DNA of 33,203 bases from a virus. Its lineage: Duplodnaviria; Caudoviricetes. A model generated the notes under the pieces. That model had not been told where the DNA came from, ran no database searches, and saw only the letters and a program-made list of their open reading frames with translations. Below, piece after piece: positions 19,749 through 27,769 of the stretch. Numbering within the stretch: the stretch's first letter is position 1; every line of letters begins with the position of its first letter. A program made the position numbers and the translations under genes. Where the stretch lies: positions 1 through 33,203 of IMG/VR virus record IMGVR_UViG_3300030103_000853; one strand, 5' to 3'.

Positions 19749-19946
19749 TTATTTTTTGGTTTGCGCACCCATAGAAACCTTAGTAACTTTAATTTCAAGG
19801 TCTTGCCTAAAATCATCCACAGTAGTGTCAGTGTTGGGGTCAGCAACATCAGCATCAAACTCAGCTTTATCAGCATATACTTTTCCTGTTCTTTTATGCT
19901 TGACAATTTCGGTTGCTGTTGCGGGTATCTTAATTGGTTCACTCAT
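19749..19946 (-). CDS. small hypothetical protein, 65 aa
   Basis: MSEPIKIPA...; AGGAGG SD; ATGA overlap with upstream gene. Confidence 0.75.
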   Translation of the reverse strand: MSEPIKIPATATEIVKHKRTGKVYADKAEFDADVADPNTDTTVDDFRQDLEIKVTKVSMGAQTKK

Positions 19947-20080
19947 TTTTGCCTCCTTCCTTGTCTATTATATTTTTTATTATTTTGCAACTTCTTTTTT
20001 TTGTTAGGATTCTTACAATGTCTTCGAGGCCTTTTTCTAGGCTTATCTCTTTCAACAAAATCTTTAAATTTTCTAGCCAT
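19943..20080 (-). CDS. small highly basic protein, 45 aa
   Basis: Not in ORF track. MARKFKDFVERDKPRKRPRRHCKNPNKKKKLQNNKKYNRQGRRQK*; overlaps both neighbours. Confidence 0.7.
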   Translation of the reverse strand: MARKFKDFVERDKPRKRPRRHCKNPNKKKKLQNNKKYNRQGRRQK

Positions 20081-20414
20081 TTTCTTGTGATCTATCTATT
20101 TGAGCATAGCTAATTATCCCTTGTATCTCCCCACCTGTTCCTGCTGTCATTTTTAAAATATCTCCTTCTTCTAAAACTAAAGTTTCTGTAATAATATTTT
20201 CTACTGTATTTGCTGCAATAGCTTTTCTAGAAATTGAAAAAGTAGTTGAAGCTGAAGTATCTGTAACTTGCACTGATAGATCAACAGAACTTGCTGAAGA
20301 GTTATCTACCTGAATTTGTTTTATTAAACATCTTGCTGAAGTTGGAGAAGTAAGCACTGATGTTGTGCTCGTATCACCTAAATTAATTCCTGCGTTTTTA
20401 TACTGTATTGTCAT
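20073..20414 (-). CDS. small beta-rich putative virion protein
   Basis: 113 aa, Thr/Ser-rich, LVLEEGDILK motif; ATGA coupling. Confidence 0.7.
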   Translation of the reverse strand: MTIQYKNAGINLGDTSTTSVLTSPTSARCLIKQIQVDNSSASSVDLSVQVTDTSASTTFSISRKAIAANTVENIITETLVLEEGDILKMTAGTGGEIQGIISYAQIDRSQENG

Positions 20415-20575
20415 GATAAAAAGTAATTAAATGTATCTTGTTCATTTTTTAATTCTTGTTGGTAAGAAGTGTTTAACTTATCTTGCATCGTTCGTAAAGA
20501 CTGGGTTACTTGTCTTTGATTTTCTTCTGTATATGTAGAAGAAGGTTCAGGGATAACTATATCTACTTTAGCCAT
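20411..20575 (-). CDS. small hypothetical protein, 54 aa (possible tail needle/plug)
   Basis: Not in ORF track. MAKVDIVIPEPSSTYTEENQRQVTQSLRTMQDKLNTSYQQELKNEQDTFNYFLS*; TAATG and ATGA overlaps at both ends. Confidence 0.75.
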   Translation of the reverse strand: MAKVDIVIPEPSSTYTEENQRQVTQSLRTMQDKLNTSYQQELKNEQDTFNYFLS

Positions 20576-22716
20576 TATCTACGTCCATCAGGTTGTATAT
20601 CTGCTCTAAAAGTACCATATCTCCAGCTTTCATCAGTAGCTGTATTAGCTATCTTTAGACTAGCTGATCGCCCTCTAGCTCTCGTATCTACTTTGTCTGT
20701 GGAAGTTGTGACTGTAAAAGGTCCTAAAGGAGAAGATGCAGAGGTATCATTAGAATAGTTTCTAAGGTTAATAGTAATCTGTGCATTGCCTGTAAGTAAT
20801 TTAAAATCAGGTATAAATCTTTTCATACTAATAAATACATCACCATCACTTAAATCAAAATCTCCAGATTGTATAAAAGCAGGTATAACTGTTTTATTAC
20901 CTGAAGAGTCTACTTCATTGTTTCCAATTTCATGTGCGTAATATGTCGATGAACCATTTGCATTTGTTACACCTTGAATAACAGGAAAAGTAGGTAATCC
21001 TGTAGGAGCATATTCAGAAGCATAAGGATTATCAAAAAGAGTTGAGTCATGCCAAGAAGTTCTAGCTAAAGAACCTGTTGCCCAAGTGTTCTCACCATAA
21101 TTGTAAGTCACTACTCTATCTGGTTCATTAGAACCTGCTTTAGGATAAAACCACATTACCTCTTCATACAAATGATTAAGACCAGCATATACTGTTTCAC
21201 CTGCATTATAATTAATACCTAAGTTATCTCCTTTATTTGTAAATACAAAATCTTCAACTAAACATGGAACAGATTTAACTGTACCATCATATACAAAAAA
21301 ACCACCTGCTTGTCCCATCCACCAAACTCTACCATTGATATATTTAATTGCATGTTGACCAATTAATCCACAATTACTTCCAACCTGTCTTATAGAAAAA
21401 ATAAAAGGAGGACCAACAAACTGCATAACATATGCAGAAGTGTCTGTTACAATTAAAATATAATCTTTAGCTTTTGCTGCACCTACTATTTTAACTCCAG
21501 AATCAATCCTAAAAGTACCTGCAGTATTTACTGAAGTAGGTTGAAAATCATTTAATGTTTCTTGATCTGAAAATCTTATAAACATTTTATCTTGTGTTGA
21601 TGCATCACCAACTGTTGTTTCAGTTCCAAGAAGAATTAAATGTCTGTCTCTTTCCGAAATAATAGACATAACAGAAGTTGTAGGTGCATTTGTTATAACT
21701 GTAGCTCTTGTTTGTAAGGCTGTAGGAGTTACTGTAATAGGATCCCAATTAAAAATTTTACCATTTTTAATAGTACAAACTAGTTTTTGTCCAAAATGAT
21801 CAAGAGACCATGTTGCTGGATCTAGTGTTACTGAAGAAGAAAGAGATGCTTGTCCCCATGATGTATAATATTCTACACTAGCTCCACTTGCGTGTGCAGA
21901 TCTTGTGCCACCTGCTCCTCTAGTAATTCCAGTTAAATCATTGCTCGATACTCCAGTGTAAGAAATAAATTCTGCACCTACTTTTATTGTTCCAGTTGTA
22001 GGAAAACCCGCAGTAGAGGTTAAAGTAACTGAGGTTCCAGATCCTCCAGTACCTGCTGTATCATCTTGTAATAAACCATTTAAGGTATTTATTAATCCTG
22101 AAGCTCCTCCCCATGAAGAAGTTCCCCAACCATAACCATAACTTTGAGTTAATGGTCCTGGTTTAATGTAAGGATTGACTGTTGCAGACCCACTAGCAGC
22201 AACAGATGTTCCTGCGTTAGATGCCATAGTAATAGTAAAAGTGTCTATGGTTGGTGCACTAACCACTTCAAATGAATTGTCAGTAAAATTTGCTGCTGTA
22301 TAACCTGCTCCTGTTGGAGGAGTTACAGATGTAAAAGTAAATAAATCTCCTGCAGATAATCCATGTCCTACTTTATTTACGGTAACTGTAGCTGATGTAT
22401 TAACCGTAGTAAAAGTACATCCGGTAATTGCAGTATCTAATGGAGTAATATCGTAAAAAGCACCTTCATAATAAATAATTAAAGTTCTGTTTGTCCCTAA
22501 TGCTACATATTTATTACCATCTAGGTCAGCCCAAATCATTTGTTCTGTAACTTTCCCTAGCAATGTTTTATCTGTTATCTGTTCCCAACCACCGATTTTT
22601 TCAGGAAGGCCATATCTAAACCTAACAAAATCGCCATCAGTCCATTGACCTTTTGCGCCTGTTTCAGTTACTTGTTTATTAAAGCCTGGTGCTATTTGTA
22701 TATTTGTTAAAGGCAT
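20575..22716 (-). CDS. tail nozzle / DNA stabilisation protein (P22 gp10 / T7 gp12-like)
   Basis: 713 aa; VRFRYGLPEKIGGW, IRFSDQE, NCGLIG, EVMWFYP, C-terminal DGRR; beta-propeller-like composition with Thr/Gly-rich inserts. Confidence 0.75.
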   Translation of the reverse strand: MPLTNIQIAPGFNKQVTETGAKGQWTDGDFVRFRYGLPEKIGGWEQITDKTLLGKVTEQMIWADLDGNKYVALGTNRTLIIYYEGAFYDITPLDTAITGCTFTTVNTSATVTVNKVGHGLSAGDLFTFTSVTPPTGAGYTAANFTDNSFEVVSAPTIDTFTITMASNAGTSVAASGSATVNPYIKPGPLTQSYGYGWGTSSWGGASGLINTLNGLLQDDTAGTGGSGTSVTLTSTAGFPTTGTIKVGAEFISYTGVSSNDLTGITRGAGGTRSAHASGASVEYYTSWGQASLSSSVTLDPATWSLDHFGQKLVCTIKNGKIFNWDPITVTPTALQTRATVITNAPTTSVMSIISERDRHLILLGTETTVGDASTQDKMFIRFSDQETLNDFQPTSVNTAGTFRIDSGVKIVGAAKAKDYILIVTDTSAYVMQFVGPPFIFSIRQVGSNCGLIGQHAIKYINGRVWWMGQAGGFFVYDGTVKSVPCLVEDFVFTNKGDNLGINYNAGETVYAGLNHLYEEVMWFYPKAGSNEPDRVVTYNYGENTWATGSLARTSWHDSTLFDNPYASEYAPTGLPTFPVIQGVTNANGSSTYYAHEIGNNEVDSSGNKTVIPAFIQSGDFDLSDGDVFISMKRFIPDFKLLTGNAQITINLRNYSNDTSASSPLGPFTVTTSTDKVDTRARGRSASLKIANTATDESWRYGTFRADIQPDGRR

Positions 22717-22721
22717 ATTGC

Positions 22722-22750
22722 ATTATACCTTATACGAACTATTTTTTGAA
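22722..22750 (-). promoter_or_regulatory. sigma70-like promoter, probably giving a leaderless mRNA
   Basis: TTCAAA(22750-22745)-17 nt-TATAAT(22727-22722); only 5 nt to the ATG at 22716. Confidence 0.55.
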
Positions 22751-23200
22751 TAGTAGCTTGAGTATAAGGCTTGCTCTTGATTTTATGGGGTTAAACTCAC
22801 CTGTATTAAGTTGATTATCTATTATAATTGATCTGTTTTGTGTGTGAGGTATTTTCTCTTGTGAACAAATCTCAGTGTACCCGTCAGAGCTATCAATATG
22901 ATATATAAGTTTTACAAATTCATTTTCTTTATACATATTCTTTGAATCATCTATAACTTTTTTATTAGTAGTATCGTTTAGTATCATATAAAAAACAGCT
23001 TCGTTTATTTTCTTCTTAACTTTTTTTTGAAAAGGTTCTAGTAAATCATAGAAAGTACTTACTACTTTATTATCAAAGACTATAATATGGTTTAAGAAAC
23101 CTTCATTTTCTGATAAGTACCAAGGGAACTTATTTTTTAAAACACTAAACAGCCTTCTATTTTCTATATTATTTAGATAATTATTTTCACAAGAATACAT
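22739..23200 (-). CDS. degenerate 2OG-Fe(II) oxygenase-like protein
   Basis: FPWYL, LIYHIDSSDGYT, NRSIIID pattern of phage 2OG enzymes, but the expected HxD and distal His are not seen. Confidence 0.55.
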   Translation of the reverse strand: MYSCENNYLNNIENRRLFSVLKNKFPWYLSENEGFLNHIIVFDNKVVSTFYDLLEPFQKKVKKKINEAVFYMILNDTTNKKVIDDSKNMYKENEFVKLIYHIDSSDGYTEICSQEKIPHTQNRSIIIDNQLNTGEFNPIKSRASLILKLLFKK

Positions 23201-23202
23201 TC

Positions 23203-23400
23203 TTAATCCTGATTAGTTTTATTTTTGACCTCTTCATCAAACCTGTTATTAAATTCTACTATCATTCTCATTAAATCATTACTAAAGATTCTTAATCCTT
23301 CTGCAGTAAAAGATATTTTTTTTGTTTCATTTAAGGTTTTAATTTCCTCTTGAGAAAAAACTATGTCACAACTTCCATCTTCTTTTTGAAAAAATTTCAT
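23203..23400 (-). CDS. small hypothetical protein, 65 aa
   Basis: ORF with ATGA coupling inside the oxygenase island. Confidence 0.7.
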   Translation of the reverse strand: MKFFQKEDGSCDIVFSQEEIKTLNETKKISFTAEGLRIFSNDLMRMIVEFNNRFDEEVKNKTNQD

Positions 23401-23978
23401 TTATTTATTTTCACTTGTGCATGTTGTTGTCTGTTTAAACCATAGAAAGGTCTTTTATCTATAGCCCAATCAGTATAAGGACCGTTTTTGTCTACATAAT
23501 GTATAAAGCATTGTGTACAGTAATCTCCGTTTAATTCTTTTCTTTCATGACGAACCTTTTCACCTAAATATACAACAGCATCACCTGGTTTAGTGTAACA
23601 AGGTTTTCCATCCATGTATATTGGCCAGGGTTCTCCTTTATTCGATATGTTAAATGATACAGATATTTCACAAGATTCTCTATCATTATGTTTTGGTAAG
23701 GTTCCTAAATTTGTATACAGTCTCCAATAAGAATAAGTCGGAAGTAATTCTTTACCGGTTATTTTTTCTACATGAGATTTTTTATTTAACATAATTGATT
23801 CCATCATCATGTCTGAATAGAAACCTGTTTCAAAATTATTTTGTTCATGTTCTTGATAAAAAGGTTTTAGATTAAATCTATGTTTCATATTAGTATAAGT
23901 CTCTAAAACTTTTATTACACTATCATCAATAAAATTTTCTACTTTTATATATTTAAAATCTTTACCTATAATGCCCAT
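23397..23978 (-). CDS. 2OG-Fe(II) oxygenase (PKHD-type hydroxylase-like)
   Basis: LLPTYSYWRLY, LPKHNDRESCEISVS, PGDAVVYLG...HER, QCFIHYV. Confidence 0.85.
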   Translation of the reverse strand: MGIIGKDFKYIKVENFIDDSVIKVLETYTNMKHRFNLKPFYQEHEQNNFETGFYSDMMMESIMLNKKSHVEKITGKELLPTYSYWRLYTNLGTLPKHNDRESCEISVSFNISNKGEPWPIYMDGKPCYTKPGDAVVYLGEKVRHERKELNGDYCTQCFIHYVDKNGPYTDWAIDKRPFYGLNRQQHAQVKINK

Positions 23979-24547
23979 GCTACTACCGAATACTTTATTC
24001 CTTTCTTTACTGGATTTACTTTATGTGGATACATAAAATTACTAGGCCAAACAATCAACCTATCTTTTTTAACTTCTATTGGTATAGTTTCTTTTATTTT
24101 TGGCAACTCCATAATTAATTCCCCTCCTTCATAATTATCATTAACCAAATAAATAAAACTTAATGTTCTAGGAGAGAAGTGCCCTGAATCAATATGTTGT
24201 CTATAAAAACCTCCAACTTTATATTTTAAAACTTGCATATCAGTTACTGTACAATCTAAAGTAGTTCCAGTATCTTTAGCATATATTTGTACATAATGAT
24301 GTAAACAAGAACAAAAAAGATTTGTGTAATGAATTATAGTATTACTTTCTGTATTAATATTATCTAAAGCAAATGTTTCTGTATCTCTAATTTTTTTATC
24401 TATTACTTGATTAGAATTTTCTCCAAAAACTGCAGCTGACTTAAATGGAAAAACATTTTTTGCTATTACTCTATTTAAAATATCATTTTTTCTATTACCA
24501 AAAACATTATCGTATATACAAATATAATCGGACAATTTATTTTTCAT
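23966..24547 (-). CDS. prolyl 4-hydroxylase-like 2OG-Fe(II) oxygenase
   Basis: LKYKVGGFYRQHID, RTLSFIYLVNDNYEGGEL, VWPSNFMYPHKVNPVKKGIKYSVVAW. Confidence 0.88.
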   Translation of the reverse strand: MKNKLSDYICIYDNVFGNRKNDILNRVIAKNVFPFKSAAVFGENSNQVIDKKIRDTETFALDNINTESNTIIHYTNLFCSCLHHYVQIYAKDTGTTLDCTVTDMQVLKYKVGGFYRQHIDSGHFSPRTLSFIYLVNDNYEGGELIMELPKIKETIPIEVKKDRLIVWPSNFMYPHKVNPVKKGIKYSVVAWAL

Positions 24548-25079
24548 TATAAAAACCTACTGAAAGAGTTATTCTTGGTGACAACCCAACTACTTTATGT
24601 CTAATACCCTTTGGTATATATATTAAGTCTCCCTTATTAATTTCATAATGCTTTGTTTCTTCTGTAAATACTTTATACACTACAGTACCATCTAAACCAA
24701 TTATAAAAACATCTTCTATGTCTTCATGACTTATTCCCGCCATACTTTTTAAACCAAAAAAAAGTTCACAGCCATCTCTAGGATGATTAGGGTATTTAAA
24801 AACTTGTTCTAAAAAACTTTTTAAAAATTGAAAATCTGGAAAAAAATAATGTACATTAGATATTTGAAAAACTTTCTCTAAAAAATTAAATTCTTTTTCT
24901 TTTTCTGGTTCAAAATTATTTTTTTTATGATTAACTGGTATGTCTAATTTCTCTAAAAAAGAAAACAATAAATTAAAGTCATATATATTCTTTATAGTAG
25001 CAAAATTTTTAACAAAAGTTACTTTATTGTTTTTAATGCTTTCAATATTTTCTGGTAGTATATCTGCTTTAATTTTCAT
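24537..25079 (-). CDS. JmjC/cupin-like hydroxylase
   Basis: SHEDIEDVFIIG.DG...Y, GDLIYIPKGIRHKV, PRITLSVG. Confidence 0.75.
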   Translation of the reverse strand: MKIKADILPENIESIKNNKVTFVKNFATIKNIYDFNLLFSFLEKLDIPVNHKKNNFEPEKEKEFNFLEKVFQISNVHYFFPDFQFLKSFLEQVFKYPNHPRDGCELFFGLKSMAGISHEDIEDVFIIGLDGTVVYKVFTEETKHYEINKGDLIYIPKGIRHKVVGLSPRITLSVGFYNEK

Positions 25080-25080
25080 C

Positions 25081-25821
25081 TTATTTCCAAGTTGTTTTTT
25101 TATTCCAAAAAAGATTTTTATAATTGTGTAAATGCTGTAAAAAATATTTGCCTTTTTTTAGCCAAAAGTTATTTTTACTATTCTCTTCTATTTCACTTAT
25201 ATTCATTTTCCATGAATCTCTTTTAAAAGGAATTACCTGAACATAAGGAGTTCCTTTTTTTAATTCAGTATCTAAAACAGGATACTTATCTCCGTTTACA
25301 ACAAATGGAAAATTAATGTATAATGGAAAAGTGTCTGTATCTACAATTCCAGGTATTATGGAAAACCTATCATCTGAATTATTTAACGGAGAAACAAAAA
25401 GACATGAGTATCCTGGAGGCGTTTTAATAATCCAAGGATTTAAAATTTTATTGACAAATAAATTAGAATTTTTTTTACTATAAGGAGATCCTTTTATTTG
25501 CTCTGTGCTATGTTGTTCTGGCCTATCTCTTACGTTTAAATTGTAACCATAATCTTCTTCAATAGAAGCTATTAAAGTAGTTTTAATTTCGTCTTTACTA
25601 AAACTGTTATGTTTTAAAATAAAATCTTGAGGTAAACTAAAAACGTAACCATAAGTTAAAGTCTGTAAAAAAGGAATACAACCTTTAACAGTTTTTGCTT
25701 CTGTACTATGTTCTAGTTTTTTAAACCAATCAGGTATATTTAATTTAACTGCCTTTGGTAATTCTTCGTTAAGTTTAAAATAATCTTTATGAGCAGTAAA
25801 CCTAATTATTTTCTCATTCAT
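25081..25821 (-). CDS. hypothetical protein associated with phage oxygenase islands (DUF6065-like)
   Basis: PDWFK, TVKGCIPF, NPWIIKTPPGYSCLF, GIVDTD, INFPF, KGTPYVQVIPFKR. Confidence 0.7.
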   Translation of the reverse strand: MNEKIIRFTAHKDYFKLNEELPKAVKLNIPDWFKKLEHSTEAKTVKGCIPFLQTLTYGYVFSLPQDFILKHNSFSKDEIKTTLIASIEEDYGYNLNVRDRPEQHSTEQIKGSPYSKKNSNLFVNKILNPWIIKTPPGYSCLFVSPLNNSDDRFSIIPGIVDTDTFPLYINFPFVVNGDKYPVLDTELKKGTPYVQVIPFKRDSWKMNISEIEENSKNNFWLKKGKYFLQHLHNYKNLFWNKKTTWK

Positions 25822-25832
25822 TAAAAATGAAT

Positions 25833-25861
25833 ATAGTATATCTTTTAAACAATCAAGTAAA
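25833..25861 (-). promoter_or_regulatory. possible sigma70-like promoter of the oxygenase island
   Basis: TTTACT(25861-25856)-17 nt-TACTAT(25838-25833) in a 41 nt gap; 11 nt before the ATG, no SD. AT-rich context weakens the call. Confidence 0.4.
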
Positions 25862-25862
25862 A

Positions 25863-26297
25863 TTAAGGTAGTTCTAGTAAGTTAAAGTAACTTATTGAAT
25901 TGTCTTCACAATATTTTTCCCAACTTGTAGCTAAAGGAAAGGTTATTGTTGATTTATCGAAGTTATCTATTAAATCTTTGTACGTTGTCCAAATTGTCAT
26001 GTCTGGATGTTCTGGATATTTTTTAATAATTTCACTTATAGCGTTACTAACTATAACAAGATAATTAGTTAAATCATTTTCCTCTTCAAATTCTGTTATC
26101 ATATCTACATAAACAAAATTAGTGCCGTCATGATCACTTACTCTTTTAGTGCCATTTTTTAAATTATTAAAATCAGCCTCACTTATTTCGTGAGCAACAC
26201 ATGGTGCTGACATTTCCATGTTATCTCTAGCAGATGCATCTCTTGCTATTCCTGATACGTTTGTTTTTGTTTCATCTGCAGTTATAATATATGCCAT
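25863..26297 (-). CDS. hypothetical protein, possible tail-fibre partner/chaperone
   Basis: 144 aa acidic ORF directly after the Gly-rich fibre gene; AGGA SD. Confidence 0.7.
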   Translation of the reverse strand: MAYIITADETKTNVSGIARDASARDNMEMSAPCVAHEISEADFNNLKNGTKRVSDHDGTNFVYVDMITEFEEENDLTNYLVIVSNAISEIIKKYPEHPDMTIWTTYKDLIDNFDKSTITFPLATSWEKYCEDNSISYFNLLELP

Positions 26298-26305
26298 AAT
26301 TTTTC

Positions 26306-27058
26306 CTATGAGTGACTGTTATCAAATAAAAATATACCACCAGCTTGACCAGTTCCACCTGATCCTCTTGGAGTAGCTCCAGCGTTTCCACCTTCACCTC
26401 TAGCTGGAATACCATAAAAATTTCTTTGTCCTTGAGATGGAGTAGTTGGGTATCCAATAGGTCCAAAAGGTACACCACCTGGAACGTTACCGGGAGTACC
26501 TGGTCCTGCACTACTACTGTAAGGTACAGCAGCTCTTCCGCCACCTCCGTTTGAAGTTGCTAAGGTATGAAAAGTAGTTGCGTTTCCGGGGTTCCCTGGA
26601 TTAGATGAGTTAGTGGATCCATTTCCACCGTTTCCACCATTTCCAATCGTGTAAGGATAAGTTGTGCTAGGCGATACAGCTATTCCAAAAACTCCGTAGC
26701 CTCCGGCTCCACCCGGTCCAGCCGCACTTTGTTGGTTTGCACCAGCACCACCTCCGCCTCCGCCTTGTATATATACTTGTGCTTTGTTTGTATTAGCAGG
26801 AGAGGCATAGTTACCACTACTAGTAGCATAAAAACTAAAAATCATATTTCCACCACCAGCTTGTCCAGATGAAGCGGCAGTAACTCTGCCTTGAGCGTCA
26901 ACGGTAATGTCAGCTGTTGTGTAAGAACCTGCAGTTACTGCAGTGTTTGCTATTTTATCAGCAGTTACAGCATCATTATTAATTTGAGTAGTATCTACTT
27001 CATTAGCTGAAATAGCACCATTATCAATTACTGTATCTCCATTTGAAATAATACCCAT
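26306..27058 (-). CDS. glycine-rich tail fibre tip / receptor-binding protein
   Basis: Fibre repeats, ITVDAQGRVTAASSG, then GGGGGG/GGAGG/GNGGNGG polyglycine domain; AGGAG SD. Confidence 0.75.
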   Translation of the reverse strand: MGIISNGDTVIDNGAISANEVDTTQINNDAVTADKIANTAVTAGSYTTADITVDAQGRVTAASSGQAGGGNMIFSFYATSSGNYASPANTNKAQVYIQGGGGGGAGANQQSAAGPGGAGGYGVFGIAVSPSTTYPYTIGNGGNGGNGSTNSSNPGNPGNATTFHTLATSNGGGGRAAVPYSSSAGPGTPGNVPGGVPFGPIGYPTTPSQGQRNFYGIPARGEGGNAGATPRGSGGTGQAGGIFLFDNSHS

Positions 27059-27068
27059 AGTATCTCCT

Positions 27069-27752
27069 TTAAATTTTTTCTAGCTTCAATCTAAATTTTT
27101 CATTAGATTTATTATTAATCAAGTATATATCTTTAGCGCCTTCCTGTAAAGTCCAACTACCTTTAGATCCGTCTACTATATTACCTTCAGTTTTATGCTC
27201 ATTATTTAGGTGTAAATCTCCTGTGTATACATGTCTCCATACATTTCCTACAGCGCCTAAATCGTAAGTATCATTGGCTCCAGGTAAAACATGCCCTGTA
27301 GCAGTAACAGAACCTACTGCTAAATCTCCTAAATTTGCAGTAACATCAATAATATTAGTTCCATTTGAATAAAGTATTTTTGTTGATTTGTTTGTAGTTG
27401 AAAATGTTGGACCAGTTCCTGATACTGTTTTAAATTGAACTGTATGAGCTCCTGAAGTATTATTAAATATAACATAATTTTTTTCAATAGAATCTGGAAC
27501 AGTAACTATCTGATTTCCTGTTATAGTTCCTGTAAGTTCTATGATTGCATTTCTAGCATCAGACCCTGTTGTTGCTCCATCAGTAATACCTAAAGCAGTT
27601 GTTTGTGCACCACCAGCAATTGATTTGGCTAAAAATCCTCCAGACTCCTGTTCCATAATCTGAAGATTTGTATTTGTAATTTGTCCCCACAAACCAGCTT
27701 TCTCACCAGTAGTGATTAATTCTACTCCTAAATCTGTGTAACTTGATGCCAT
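27069..27752 (-). CDS. tail fibre / baseplate-type structural protein
   Basis: GEKAGLWGQITNTNL N-terminal motif; C-terminal 76 aa shared with 28897..30627. Confidence 0.75.
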   Translation of the reverse strand: MASSYTDLGVELITTGEKAGLWGQITNTNLQIMEQESGGFLAKSIAGGAQTTALGITDGATTGSDARNAIIELTGTITGNQIVTVPDSIEKNYVIFNNTSGAHTVQFKTVSGTGPTFSTTNKSTKILYSNGTNIIDVTANLGDLAVGSVTATGHVLPGANDTYDLGAVGNVWRHVYTGDLHLNNEHKTEGNIVDGSKGSWTLQEGAKDIYLINNKSNEKFRLKLEKI

Positions 27753-27769
27753 AATTTATTATATCCTTT

